Shown: positions 37,431 through 49,324, counted from the first letter of the stretch. The stretch: DNA of 57,021 nt from Emiliania huxleyi CCMP1516 (GCF_000372725.1 NW_005201791.1:362553-419573); one strand, 5' to 3'. Translations and numbers: made by a program. Notes: generated by a model not told the origin, from the sequence alone.

Positions 37431-39392
37431 ATGACCAGGTGCGAGGCGGCGGTGGGCGGCGCGGGCGGCGCCTCCTCGGGCGAAGCGGCCTCTTCCAGCT
37501 CGCTGGGCAGCCTTCCCAAAGAGGCGGCGGCAGCAGCTATTAAAGGCGACGACGCGGCGCTGCTGGCGTGGCTCCACAGCGGCGGGCGGGTCAACGCGAC
37601 TTGTGGGGCAGGCAATGTGAGCGGCATCACCGCGCTGATGACCGCCGCCCAGTTTGGCCACGAGCGAATGGTCGAGCTGCTGCTGCAGCACGGGGCGGAG
37701 ATCAACCTGCAGAGCAGCGACGGCGACACCGCGCTGATGGACGCCGCCAACAACGGCCTCGAGCGAGTGGTCGAGCTGCTGCTGCAGCACGGGGCGGATG
37801 TCAACCTGCAGGACAGCAAAGGCTACACCGCGCTGACGGTCGCCGCCAGCAACGGTCACCCCGCCGTCGTGCTCCGCCTGCTGCGGGCGGGCGCGGATAC
37901 AAAGCTGCGCTCTGAAAGCGGCAGGACGGCGCTGCAGTGGGCCAAGCAGAAGGGCCTTTCCGCGTGCGTCGAGGCTTTCCGGCAGCACGTCGCGGAGGTG
38001 ACTGCGAGCCGGCACGAGGCGGCGGCGGGCGGCGCGGGCGGCGCTTCCTCGGGCGAGGCGGCGGCGGGTTCGACGGCCGCGGCTTCTTCGGCCGTGACAG
38101 CAGCTATCCAAGGCGACGAGACGGCGCTGCTGGCGTGGCTCGACAGCGGCGGGCAGGTCAACGCGACTTGCGGGATGGGCGATGTGAGCGGCATCACAGC
38201 GCTCATTGGCGCCGCCCGGTTTGGCCACGAGCGGGTGGTCGAGCTGCTGCTGCAGCGCGGCGCGGAGATCAACATGCAGAACAGCGTCGGCGGCTTCGCG
38301 CTGATGGGCGCCTCAAGCCAAGGCCACGAGCGAGTGGTCGATTTGCTGATTCGGCGCGGCGCTGACGTCAACCTGAAGAACAGCGACGGCGACACCGCGC
38401 TGATGGACGCCGCCACCAACGGCCACGAGCGGGTGGTCGAGTTGCTGCTTCAGCGCAGCGTGGAGATCAACCTGCAGAACAGCAACGGCGGCACCGCGCT
38501 GATGTACGCCGCCTACAACGGCCACGAGCGAGTGGTCGAGCTGCTGCTGCAGCGCGGCGCGGAGATCAACAAGCAGGACAGCCGAGGCGGCACCGCGCTG
38601 ATGGGCGCCGCCAACAACGGCCACGAGCGAGTGGTCGAGCTGCTGCTGCAGCACGGGGCGGAGATTAACATGCAGAACAGCAAAGGCTACACCGCGCTGA
38701 TGGTCGCCGCCAGCCACGGTCACCCCACCGTCGTGCTCCGCCTGCTGCGGGCGGGCGCAGACACGGCGCTGCGCTCCGAGAGTGGCAGGACGGCGCTTCA
38801 GCTGGCCAAGGAAAAGGGCCACGCCGAGTGCGTGCGCGTCATCGAGGAGCATGCGGCGGCGGAGGCGGAGGTGGAGGCAGCGCGGCATGCCGAGGCGCTG
38901 CTGGCGGAGGAGGAGGCGGAGAAGGAGGCGGGGGGGCGCGACAAGGAGAGCAAAAAGGGCAAGAAGAAGAAGAAGAAGGGGAAGGGCGGAGGTGGAGGCG
39001 CTGGGCCGTCGCGGGAGCCCGAGGATGAGGCAGCGCTGGCGGCGGGAGAGGAGGCGGAGTTGGCGGCGGCGCTCGAGGAGAGCGCGAGGCTGGAGGAGGA
39101 GAGGCAGGCGCCCGACGAGCAAGCGTCGTCCTCTTTGGCTGCAGAGAGGCCACCTTCGGTGGAGGAGGAGGAGCCGCCGGCCGACTTCGTCTGCCCAATC
39201 ACGACCGAGGTGATGAGCGACCCGGTGATGGCAGCGGATGGGCAGTCGTACGAGCGGATGGCGATCGAGCGCTGGCTCGCGACCAAGTCGACCAGCCCGC
39301 TGACGGGCGAGGAGCTCGAGTTCACTCGGCTCTTCCCAAACCACACACTCCGCCGGGTGATCCGACAGTGGCAGGAAACCGCTCGCAGCTGA
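37431..39392 (+). CDS. Double ankyrin-cassette / U-box protein (putative E3 ubiquitin ligase)
   Basis: Intronless. Two capped ankyrin arrays, then 'AEALLAEEEAE..KGKKKKKK', then U-box PADFVCPITTEVMSDPVMAADGQSYERMAIERWL...SPLTG...PNHTLR. Confidence 0.92.
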   Translation: MTRCEAAVGGAGGASSGEAASSSSLGSLPKEAAAAAIKGDDAALLAWLHSGGRVNATCGAGNVSGITALMTAAQFGHERMVELLLQHGAEINLQSSDGDTALMDAANNGLERVVELLLQHGADVNLQDSKGYTALTVAASNGHPAVVLRLLRAGADTKLRSESGRTALQWAKQKGLSACVEAFRQHVAEVTASRHEAAAGGAGGASSGEAAAGSTAAASSAVTAAIQGDETALLAWLDSGGQVNATCGMGDVSGITALIGAARFGHERVVELLLQRGAEINMQNSVGGFALMGASSQGHERVVDLLIRRGADVNLKNSDGDTALMDAATNGHERVVELLLQRSVEINLQNSNGGTALMYAAYNGHERVVELLLQRGAEINKQDSRGGTALMGAANNGHERVVELLLQHGAEINMQNSKGYTALMVAASHGHPTVVLRLLRAGADTALRSESGRTALQLAKEKGHAECVRVIEEHAAAEAEVEAARHAEALLAEEEAEKEAGGRDKESKKGKKKKKKGKGGGGGAGPSREPEDEAALAAGEEAELAAALEESARLEEERQAPDEQASSSLAAERPPSVEEEEPPADFVCPITTEVMSDPVMAADGQSYERMAIERWLATKSTSPLTGEELEFTRLFPNHTLRRVIRQWQETARS

Positions 39393-39723
39393 CACGCTTG
39401 TGGCGGGGTCAGTGCCTGTCACTGCATTGGTTGGTGCACCTGACCTGACAGAGATCAGAGTGTCACTGACAGTCCTTCTACATCGAGCATCCAGCAGCTT
39501 TCTCAGGGTGCATGGCCATGGGGCCCTCTCTGCCTCTCAAAAATAAATGAGAGAGGGGAGAGATATCTCGAGAGATCCCTGGGCTGATTTTTTGTGAGAA
39601 GCGCGCACGCACACACAAGCGCCGAGACACGCGTATTGGGAGTATAGAGCGGCCGCTCAGACCTCAGTAATAAATAAATAAATACAACGGACATCCCAAG
39701 CTAGGGCTGGGTCGAGGACAAAT

Positions 39724-41048
39724 GGGGTTTGTGGAGCGTCCAGGGATGTCCAGAAGGTCCAGAAGGTGTCCAGAAGATGTCCAGAAGGTGTCCAGAAGAT
39801 GTCCAGAAGGTGTCCAGAAGGTTGGAAAAGAATGTGGGAACGTCTAGAGGGTCCTCTGCAGGTGTGCAGAAGGCCTCAGGTGTTCTACCGAAGGTCTCAC
39901 TCAGTCAGGTTAAGCCGTAGGTCACACGTGTCTCAAAGAGTCGCCTCCACGAGTGAGCAACCCAGTCAGTCATGGGCTTTGAAAAGTAGACATTGTGGTT
40001 TGCTGGTGAAGGCCTGCGGGCCTTCTGGACATTCTGGACATTTGCTAAAGCTTCTAAAGCACCTTCTGGACATTCTGGACATTTGCTAAAGCTTGCTCAC
40101 TCGCGCCGAAGGGCGTGTTGGGAAGATTCTGTGATTACCGCTGCGTGGTCGCTCGGTGGCCGTCGCGATCGGTCGTCCCGTGCCGGCCTCGGCCTCGCGG
40201 CCCTCGCACACCTTGGGTTCGTCTAAATTCGAATCGCCGTTGTGGAGTACGGGCGCGGCAAAGACGGCGCCTCGACAGCGCCTCGACGGCGGCCGCAAAA
40301 GCCGTCTCATGCACGTCGCCGCGCGGCCTCGAGGCGCCGCGAGCGTGCACTGCGGTCAGCACTACCCGCTCCGGCCCGAGACGCCCGACGCGCGCGCGCG
40401 CGCGCTCTCTCCCACCTCTCCACCCAGACGCTCCACGGTCGCTGTGTCGCAGCTGTGTCGCGGCATAACCACCGAGCCGCAGCGCGGCGCTCGGCCCGCG
40501 CCGCCGTCTCACGAGCTCGTCTCTCGCCCGCCGCGCAGGCGAAAACCAACTCGATGCCTCAAGGCTTGACTCGAACGACTCTCGTCACTGTACCCGCCCT
40601 CGTGCCACGCTGCAGCCGCCGCTCTCGTCTCTCCTCTGTCGCTTCGCCGCGGTCGCGGCCGCACGGAGGTGCCACGGGCGGTGCGAGTGATACTCCGCTT
40701 CGCGCCGTCCGGCTCCATATACTGCGACTGTCGCGCCGCGGATGAGTGCGGTTTGTCCTGCCCCGCGCGCCTCGCGCCGCCGCGGCACTTGTTTATAGTT
40801 TTTTTTGCTTGTTTGTTGTTGTATACCGCCTTGAGATGTAACAATCACAGATTCAGTAAGAGTCTGATGGGTATGACCACACTTGGAGAGGTGTACAGAA
40901 TGTCCAGAATGTCCAGAAGGTGTCCAGAAGATGTCCAGAAGGTGTCCAGAAGATGTCCAGAAGGTGTCCAGAAGGTGTCCAGAAGGCTTCTGGTCAAAAT
41001 GCAGCTATTTAACCTTTCGCCATTTGAGAAGGCCAGCTCCCCACCCCT
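39724..41048. mobile_element. Non-autonomous element with subterminal (GTCCAGAAG[G/A]T)n arrays
   Basis: 11-bp arrays at 39748-39821 and 40897-40986, inverted copies (TTCTGGACA) at 40021-40081, and imperfect GGGG..GGAGC / GCTCC..CCCC ends. Confidence 0.6.
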
Positions 41049-41061
41049 GGCTTAATTAGTA

Positions 41062-42624
41062 GAGAGAGAGAGAGAATTCTTGATACGAAACCACGACGAC
41101 ACACACCAGTCGACTCGCATCGGTTGCCTCCATGAACGGCGGAGCTATTCTCGCGCCCACACCACACCTGGCTCCAACGTGGACACGCCCATAGCTGGGG
41201 ACACTACTAGGTCACGCATGGCATCACAGAAGTTTTATCTCTGGGCCCCGAAAGGCATCTCTAGCAGTGTCGTTACACATGCCCCCTCCCCTCCTGGGCG
41301 CATGCGCCTCACGTCTCACCAGAGCATAAGCCCTTGGCGTGTGGCGAGACGAGTTTTTCGCCATCGCAGCGAGCAGCAAGCCGCCCGCCGCAAACAGCCG
41401 GAGGCCTCGCCGCGGCACTGGCTGCGCCGCGGTCCCGCACCCGTCGACGCAGCTCCCCCCGCGGAAGACCGCGCGTAGCAACGTCTTGACGATCGAGATG
41501 AGCGTGCCTGAAGCTCGCCCACCTACTGCCCCTGAGAGTTGGTTATTGAGTGGGATCAGCTCCCCCCCTTGGGATCGAAGCCGCCACAACCTCACACCCA
41601 ACATCCCAGGCGGGATCAGAAGGGGACTCCACACCGGACACCGCCCGGGCACAGCCCCCCTACCCGTCGGATCGCACAGAGGGCCCCCTCGGAGCAGCCC
41701 ACACACAATCACGCATCGGCAGATTGAGTGCCTGAGTCAGGCAGACAGCACAGACAAGAGGAGAGAGAGGAGAGAGAGAGAGAGAGAGAGGAGAGAGGAG
41801 AGGGTGAGGGTGTGAACACACGTGAGGAGTGGGGGAGGGTGTCTGTGGTGGGCTGTAGTCCTACTACGTGGTTAGAACCACGCGCCCCTCAGGAGCTTAA
41901 GGTAGAGCTGAGCGTCCAAGACGCCTCGGTGCCTCCCACCGGCGTGAAGACCATCCGGATCTACCGGACGCGCCCTCCGGGCGGGTCCGTCCCCGCGATG
42001 GCCCACGGTCCTCCGTCGCCTGGTTGAACCCCCTGCCTCCCGGTTGACCCCCCGGTCCCCGTACTCCACCATGAAATAAACTCAAAGTCCACCACAGCCA
42101 CCACCCTCCACCTCCACCGTCGAGCCGCGATCGCTGCCGCCCGCGACGCCGCCCGCCGCGTCAGATAGCCGCGACGCGCGCATCGAGTCGCGTCGGAGAG
42201 CCGCGCCGCACCAGCAGCAGCATCTGCACCACCACCAGCAGCAGCAGCACCACCACCACCACCCGAGAGAGAAGCGCACCTGCCCGACGCCGCCCGCCGC
42301 GTCAGACGCTCGCGACGCGCGCGTCGAGCCCAGTCGCACAGCCGCGCCGCGCCAGCAGCAGCATCGGCACCAGCAGCAGCAGCACCACCACCACCAGCAC
42401 CAACAGAGACAGGCAGTGCAGGCGCAGAGGCGCTCGCAGAGCGGCGCTCAGCGCCGCGCACGCCACGCTGCGGACCGTCGGGCGAGCGCACCGTACGTCG
42501 GCGGCGAGCCGCGTCGCCAGCCGTCTCGCGAGAGAGCGGCGCCGCCGCGTGCGCGCAGCAGCCGCCGCGGCAGAGGCGAGCCGCGGCGACGTCCGCACTA
42601 ACGGATAACGGCCATTGGCGGTTT

Positions 42625-42670
<46 letters not shown>
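41062..42670. mobile_element. Family E insertion with (GA)n/(TC)n ends and 12-bp target-site duplication
   Basis: GCTTAATTAGTA occurs at 41050-41061 and 42671-42682. Internal segments are shared with 44547-44832. Confidence 0.8.
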
Positions 42671-42673
<3 letters not shown>

Positions 42674-43043
42674 TAATTAGTAATAGATCTAGATCTTTCA
42701 ATTGTGCCGCTCTCAAATCTAGTCTGGTTCAGAATGGCGTCCGCGGTCCCGAGATATTACGTAACAAAGGTTTCCCTGGACGCTCCACAAACCCTATTGA
42801 CAGACACGTCCCCACCTTTGCAGGATTTTGCAAACGCGAGGGGGGAGGGCGCATCGCCGCGCGGAGAGGGCTGGGCACAGGGCACAGGGGATCTCTCTCG
42901 ACCTCAGTGCCGTGCGTCAGCCTGTATCTGAGAAATTCTTTTGGATGAACGCACGGGCCCACATTTGGAGCACCGACATTGGGAGCACCGACACAGTTTG
43001 TTGGCGAGATCCCGACGAGCCCACACTAGGACCCTCGTCGCAT

Positions 43044-43834
43044 ATGGGTGCCTCGCATCCCACTCAAGACATATATCCACGCCGGTCCCTGCTCCTGCCT
43101 CCGCCTCAGCCGAACTCATATAACACCGCCGCGGCTCGTCTGTCCTTCAGGCGGCTGCAGCTCCAAATCCGACGAGACTAGCATCCGGACTGTCAGCGTT
43201 TACAAATCGACGCAGCAAGACGAACTGGGTGTGCGGCTCAGCAACAGCCGCAGCCGCAGCCGCAAAGGCCCTGTCGCGCTCAAACCTGACAAGTCCTTCG
43301 GAGAGCGCGCTGTCGGGTACGGCCAGCTTCTCGCTGTCAACGGCGAGCCCGTGCACAGCACCGAGCACGCAGCCTCGCTCATCAAGGAGGCGCCGCCTCC
43401 ACGCTCAGAATCCCACCCTCCACCCTTGCTGAAAGCGCCGCCCGCCCCTCTCCCTCATTTGACGCGATTCGTGCCGTCTGTAGGCGGAGGGCGAGGTGAC
43501 CCTGATGGTCGTGTCAGAAGGCCGAAACCGCCGCCGCAGCAGCTCGTCGGTGCGGGAGGACGAGGAGTATATGCGTCAGCTGCGCGCGGAGAGGCTCCGG
43601 CGCGGCCTCCCCGAGAACCCGTCGCCACAGCCCGACACGCGGGCGCAGGATGGCGCGGAAGACTGCGGTGTGGCCTGCGGTGAGCGACGCCTCTACACCG
43701 CCCGCATCGCCACGGACTCTCGCCTCCAGCCTCTGACACGTCCTTCCCATTCGAAGCTCACGCGCTGCCCCAACGCCCGCGTGTGCCCCTCAGGACTGTG
43801 CCTGTGCCTCGTAACGGGAGAAATGGTGGTATGA
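43044..43834 (+). CDS. Small putatively N-myristoylated PDZ-like protein, multi-exon
   Basis: ATG G|gt(43048)...cag(43150)|GC gives MGGCSSKS. PDZ-like segment: 'VSVYK...LGVRL...LLAVNGEPVHSTEHAASLIKEAEGEVTLMV'. Confidence 0.6.
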
Positions 43835-44546
43835 AGGAGAGCTGATGAGGCGACCAAAGAGACGACGACGATCCCGATCCGCCAAAGAGAGTAAAACAGC
43901 CGATCAAAGAGGGGGTTTGTTTGTGTTTCTCGCTGTCGGCCTGTGGTTAATCACTCTTACGATTCTCACGGGCGCGCGCCCCCCTCCCTGTCCCTCTCTG
44001 CACTCTGGCCGGGCCCGGGGGCGCCCGGGCGGGGCGAAGAGGCTTCAAAAGTGTGTTTCTCGGGTCCGTTGGCCTCTTTTGTAGGGAAGAATTTTGATAC
44101 CCGTCAAGACGCCTGCTGGGGGCAGGTTCGTAACGAAGCCGTCTGCTCCCCCAGCAGGTACACACTAGACAGATACCAGGAGGAGAAAGGGGACGGTGGT
44201 GGGTTCGCGACGAGGAGAGAAGGAGGTACTGGCGACGCGCACAGACTGACGTCAGCTCTGCTTCTGAAGTGCACCTCTGACGTCTGAGGCACCTCAGAGG
44301 AAACGACGCACTTGTCGTAACTTTTCGTCAGATTCGATCTCGTCGCCAGACTTCGATTTCTTTCTCTTTGTCAGGCCATGTGCCGCTCGCTCGCCCGCCC
44401 AAGTGGCTTGGACGCGCGGTCGAGGGCACCCCACCTTTCTTGGGACGCGCTGGCGCTCACCAGCGATCGTCCCCCCACCCATCCACCCTTTTTTCTTTGA
44501 GGCTGTCGCTCCGAGAAAGCTCGTCTCGCAGTGAGTGAGTGAGTAT

Positions 44547-44798
44547 ATTCTTGATACGAAACCACGACGACACGGACACCGCCCGGGCACAGCCCCCCTA
44601 CCCATCGGATCGCACAGAGGGCCCCCTCGGAGCAGCCCACACACAATCACGCATCGGCAGATTGAGTGCCTGAGTCAGGCAGACAGCACAGACAGGAGAG
44701 AGAGGAGAGAGAGAGAGAGAGAGAGGAGAGGGGAGAGGGTGAGGGTGTGAACACACGTGAGGAGTGGGGGAGGGTGTCTGTGGTGGGTTGTAGTCATA

Positions 44799-44832
<34 letters not shown>
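44547..44832. mobile_element. Family E internally deleted copy
   Basis: ATTCTTGATACGAAACCACGACGACAC (as at 41076-) is joined directly to GGACACCGCCCGGG...TGTAGTC (as at about 41636-41860). Ends in (TC)n. Confidence 0.85.
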
Positions 44833-44838
<6 letters not shown>

Positions 44839-44944
44839 TGAGAGAGGCTTGTATTTTAAGAATTCTTTGTTGAATTCTTTGTGCACGAGACGCCGCACAC
44901 ACGCTGCTTCTCACTACAATCCACGTACGCGCGAAAGCGCAACA

Positions 44945-45498
44945 ATGCCCTGCGCGCCGTCCTGCACCCCGACGGTCCTGGCCAACCGCGCCGGAGCTTT
45001 CTCGTGCGCCGCGCGTCTTGGCTGGCTCCAGTCCACGCGCGGCGGCGGTCTCACCGAGCACGCCGCCTGCACCACGGTTGCGGGCGAGTTTCCGATCGAG
45101 TGTGGCGACTGCGCGCCTTTGAGCCTCGTGGCGCAGCCGCATGCTGCCAGCAGAGTAGTGCCGCCCGCCGCGCCACCGCCGTCCCCTCCCTGGCACCTGC
45201 TCAAACTCCCACGCCCGAGCCCGCCGCCGCCGCCGCTGCCGCCCGGGATGCCTCCGCCGACATGGCCGCCGTCACCACTCCCTCCGTCGCCTCCAGTCGC
45301 GCCACCGCTCCCTCCGCCGCCGTCCCCCTCGCCGTCACCCCTCTCCCCGCCGCCCACCGCGAAGCCGCCGCACGCGCCGCCGCCGAACGCACCGCCGCCG
45401 CCACCCCCGTCTTCCCCGCCGTCGACGCCGCCGCAACCTCCGGCGGCGGCGCCGTCTGAGCCGCCTCCGCCGCAACCGCCGGCGGCGGCGCCGCCTGA

Positions 45499-45533
<35 letters not shown>

Positions 45534-47177
45534 TGCCGCCACCTCCGCCGTCGCCGCCGCTGCCGCCGCCGCCCCCGCCGCCCCATACGCCGCCCCCCCC
45601 GCCGCCTCATACGCCACCACCGCCGCCGCCGCCTCCAACGCCGCCGCCACCGACCCGCCCTCCGCCTGGCCTCTGGCATGACCCGATCGAGGGCAGCGAC
45701 GGATGCTGCAGGACGGATGCCGTGGGCGTCAGCACGCCTCATGCGAGCACCTTTACCCGCGCGTGGGCCGCCGGCCTGGAAGAGTGCAAAGGCAGGTGCC
45801 TCACACACCTGCAAACATGCACCGCCATCGGGTACAACAGAGTGAGCCAGGCTTGCGAGGTGCACACCTCCCCCGCAGTCGCCCACACGGCGGCGGGAAC
45901 GCCGTGCACGTGTCTGCTCTTCAAGACGGCGCCTCCGCCGCCGGGTGCCCCGCCGCCGCCACCAACTTCGCCGCCATCGACGCCTCCGCCGCCGCTGCAA
46001 CCACCAACTTCGCCGCCGGCCGTGAGGCTCATCCTTGACACCGACATGGGGTGTGGCGCTTGCCGCGACGTCGACGACGTCGTTGCCTTGTGCGCCCTCC
46101 ATGCGCTGGCGGACAACGGCGAGGTGGAGCTGCTCGCAGTTGTGCAGGACAGCGCGCCGCCCGCAGGAGCAGGCGTCATCTCTGTGGTGAACCACTTCTA
46201 CGGCCGCGACCACATACCGATTGGCGCGTACAAGGGGTCTGGGCTGACGCTGGCGGGAGAGCCTCCGCTCACGTTTGTCGACAGTGTCCTGAAAGCCTTC
46301 CCTTCGCCGATCCGGAACGCCTCACAGGTGCCGGACGCCGTCGACGTGTACCGGCGCGTGCTCGCCGCCTCGCCGCCGCGTTCAGTCACAATCGCGTCTG
46401 TCGGTCTGCTGACGAATCTGGAGCTCTTGCTTCGCTCGGGCCCCGACGCGCATAGCCCCTTGGACGGCCCCTCTCCCTCATCAAGCAGCGGCCTAACACG
46501 TGGAGAAGTGCTCGTTACTGTCTCTGAGAGCCTCCCCTGTAGGCTACGCTTTGGTGGCCGAAAAGGTGGCTCTCCTCTCAATCATGGCGGGAGACTACGC
46601 GACGAGCGGGCCTCGCTTCGCCGAGTGCAATGCGTGCGGCTGTTTCAACGGCGCGGACGCCGTCTCCAGGGCGACCGCCGCAGCCGCGTCCTCTTTCGTC
46701 GCAGCAAACGTGCCGCCGTCCGTCCGTACCATCTACCTCGGGTGGCGCGTCGGGGACGTGGTGCGGACTGGCGCGGTGATGGAGCTGTGCGCAGCGCCGG
46801 CCAACCCGTGCCGGCACGCCCTCCTAGCGAGCAAAGTAGCTCCACGCGCCCACGCGACCAGCGACACAGGTGACGCGGCCTTACGGTGTGGACTCTAGGC
46901 ACGCCCTGATGGACTTTCGCGACCGGGCGGGCTGGGGGTGGGGCCCGGGAGGCCGCTCCAGCTACGACCCGCTAGCCGCCCTCCTAGCGGTGCGCGGAGT
47001 CAGCCGCGAGGGCGTGGGCTTGAGCGAGTGCACGCAGTGCGACGGCGTCAACTCGATCGACCCAAAGAGCGGCAAGAATGAGTGGTTGCCGGGGCGGCGA
47101 AGCAACCAGAGCTATGTCGAGCTCACGGACCGGATGAGAGCGCAAGAAGCGATTGATGCGCTCCTCTGCCAGCCACG

Positions 47178-47224
<47 letters not shown>

Positions 47225-48191
47225 TGCCGCCGCTGCCGCCGCCGCCGCCCCATACGCCACCGCCGCCGCAGAGCGGCGGCGAGAGCGTGCTCGTGCGTCC
47301 GGGTCACCTCTCCGAGGTGGCGGCTGCTCCTCCAGTGCCGCCCGTGCCGCCTGCGCACGTCGCCAAGGGCGACACGCCGTCGGAGAGTGCGACGCCCTCG
47401 TGGGAGGGCCTCCTCGCCCGCGCATCCCGCATGGCGCAGTCGGTTGGCCAGTCCCTCGCGGAGGCCCTTGAGCTCGACGCGGCAAGCGGCGTGCAGCGGC
47501 GGCTGCTAGGGAGCGTCGAGCTCTCAGCCCTGCTCGGAGCCGTCGCCGCCTGCTGCTGCGTCGCCTGCCGGCGGCGGCGGCGAGAGAGGCGGTTCGATCA
47601 GCTCGCCGACGAGCCTGACCAGCCGGACCACCAGGAGCTGCACGGCGAGGGGAGGTCCGAGGCCTTTGGCACCGAGCGCAGGAAGAAGCAGGTGGCGCCG
47701 CAGCGGGGAGACCGCGTCACAAGCTGCTGTGAACAGCGTCTCTTCACACCTCTAGCTGTGAACAGGTGCCGCAGCGGGGAGACCGCGTCAAGCACGGCAG
47801 GCGCGGCGAGGGCACGGTGGCCGAGCTGCTGCCCGACGGCCGCTCGCGCATCGTCTTCGACGAGGAGGAGGAGCACGGCGAGCACCGCTACATCGGGCAG
47901 CTGGAGGGGGCAGCGCCGCTCGACTCGCCGCAGCGGCGGCAGGCGACGCGGTCGCACGTCGAAGAGGCGGCACGGCGAGCGAAGCTCGAGGCGAGCGCCG
48001 CGGCCGGCAGGCGCGCGCTGAAGGAGCTGCAAAAGGAGCAGGCACGGCAAAAGGAAGCGCAGCAGGAGGCGCAGACCCGCCAGCTGCTGCGGGCGCAGGA
48101 GCTCGGCCAGACGCAGCCCAGCCTTGCCCGGAGCCCCAGCCCGGTCCGGCTCTTGTCTCGCCTTGAATCGCGTGCGCGTTCATTCTCTTGA
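44945..48191 (+). CDS. Multi-domain membrane protein: Cys-rich module, Pro-rich stalks, PAN/apple-like module, inosine/uridine nucleoside hydrolase domain, TM, cytosolic tail
   Basis: Hydrolase motifs LILDTDMG...DVDDVVAL, SVTIASVGLLTNL and RSSYDP; apple-like ECKGRC...CTAIGY...CEVH; TM ALLGAVAACCCVAC followed by a basic stop-transfer stretch. Several introns. Confidence 0.8.
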
Positions 48192-48235
48192 TAAGCCCAT
48201 CCCGTAGCCTCAGCCCTGTCCCTGCCCGGAGCCGC

Positions 48236-48422
48236 CTCGGGGAGCGAGTCGTGCTCGGCGGGCTCTCGGCCCGCCCCGATCTCAACGGGCGGCGGGGCGT
48301 GGCGCGGAGCTTTGAGGGAGACCGAGACCCAGGCGGCGGCCACTACGTGGTGCATCTCGAGGGCAGCGGCCAAAGCGGGGAGGGGGGGGGGTGAGGTTGT
48401 GCGGGTGCGGCCGGAGAATCTG
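48236..48422 (+). pseudogene. Orphan, frameshifted copy of the SH3-like module found in the ankyrin-kinase gene
   Basis: LGERVVLGGLSARPDLNGRRGVARSFEG...YVVHLEG / GEVVRVRPENL matches 15694-15840. The frame breaks in a G run at about 48383-48391. Confidence 0.7.
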
Positions 48423-48889
48423 GATGGATTGTGAGTCCGACCCGGCCGCGCTCGCGCGGGCGCCGCCGCACTTTCGCGAGGCGTGGCTCTGAGCACCCGT
48501 GGGGGGGTGGGGGTGGGAGGGTGGGTGGGTGGTTAATGACTTGAGTAAGGGAAGGCGATTGCGCAGCCGGCACCTCCATATCCAGCGCGGCCCCAGTTGT
48601 TTCTACTAGACGAGACTCTGTGGGGAAAAGAATAGATGTTCCGACGTCGACTCGAGTCCGAGAGGAGCGGAGAGAGGATTGGCGAGTGTGGCCCGAGGCC
48701 GAGCGCAGGACCTGACGCAGGACGGAGGGGGAGAGCGAGAGGCTGCCGGCGCGCGGGGCGGGAGCGAAAACTCTGCACTCGGCACTGGACTGGCACTAAC
48801 CACCGCGGCGGGAGCCGCAAAGAAGAAAGAATCAAACAAGCTGGACGAGCTGTACCATACCGCAAAAAGTCCGAACCCTGCAAGTAAAG

Positions 48890-49278
48890 ATGGCAGGCTC
48901 GCGCGCGACGCTGCCGGCGCCGCTCTCCTGGCAGAGCCTCGCGGAGAGCGGGCGGCTCGCCCGCGCGCTTGACAGGGAGAGCGCGGCCGCCCCGCACCTC
49001 CGAAAGCTCCGCCTCACCCTGGAGCCCAAAGCGGAGCCGCACACGCTGCGGCTCAAAATGCCGTGCGACTGCGGGAGCTGCATCGTCAAGGCACAGATGA
49101 AGGCGGGCGCCTCCTGCCTGGTGCTGGTCTGGAACGAGGAGAAGCAGAAGTGCTCGCTCCGCCTCAAAGAGCTCGCGGACGCCGCGCCAAGCGAGGGGCC
49201 GCCTGCGCCCGCCGCCGGCGTTGCGGCTGCAGAGGCGGACACTCAAGCGGCGGCAAGCACTGCCACTGTCGAGGCGGC

Positions 49279-49324
<46 letters not shown>

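Noticed and set aside
43842..43890. CTGATGAG...CGCC possible hammerhead ribozyme core
   Set aside because: The required GAAA after stem II is absent (AAAG) and no convincing stems I and III were found.
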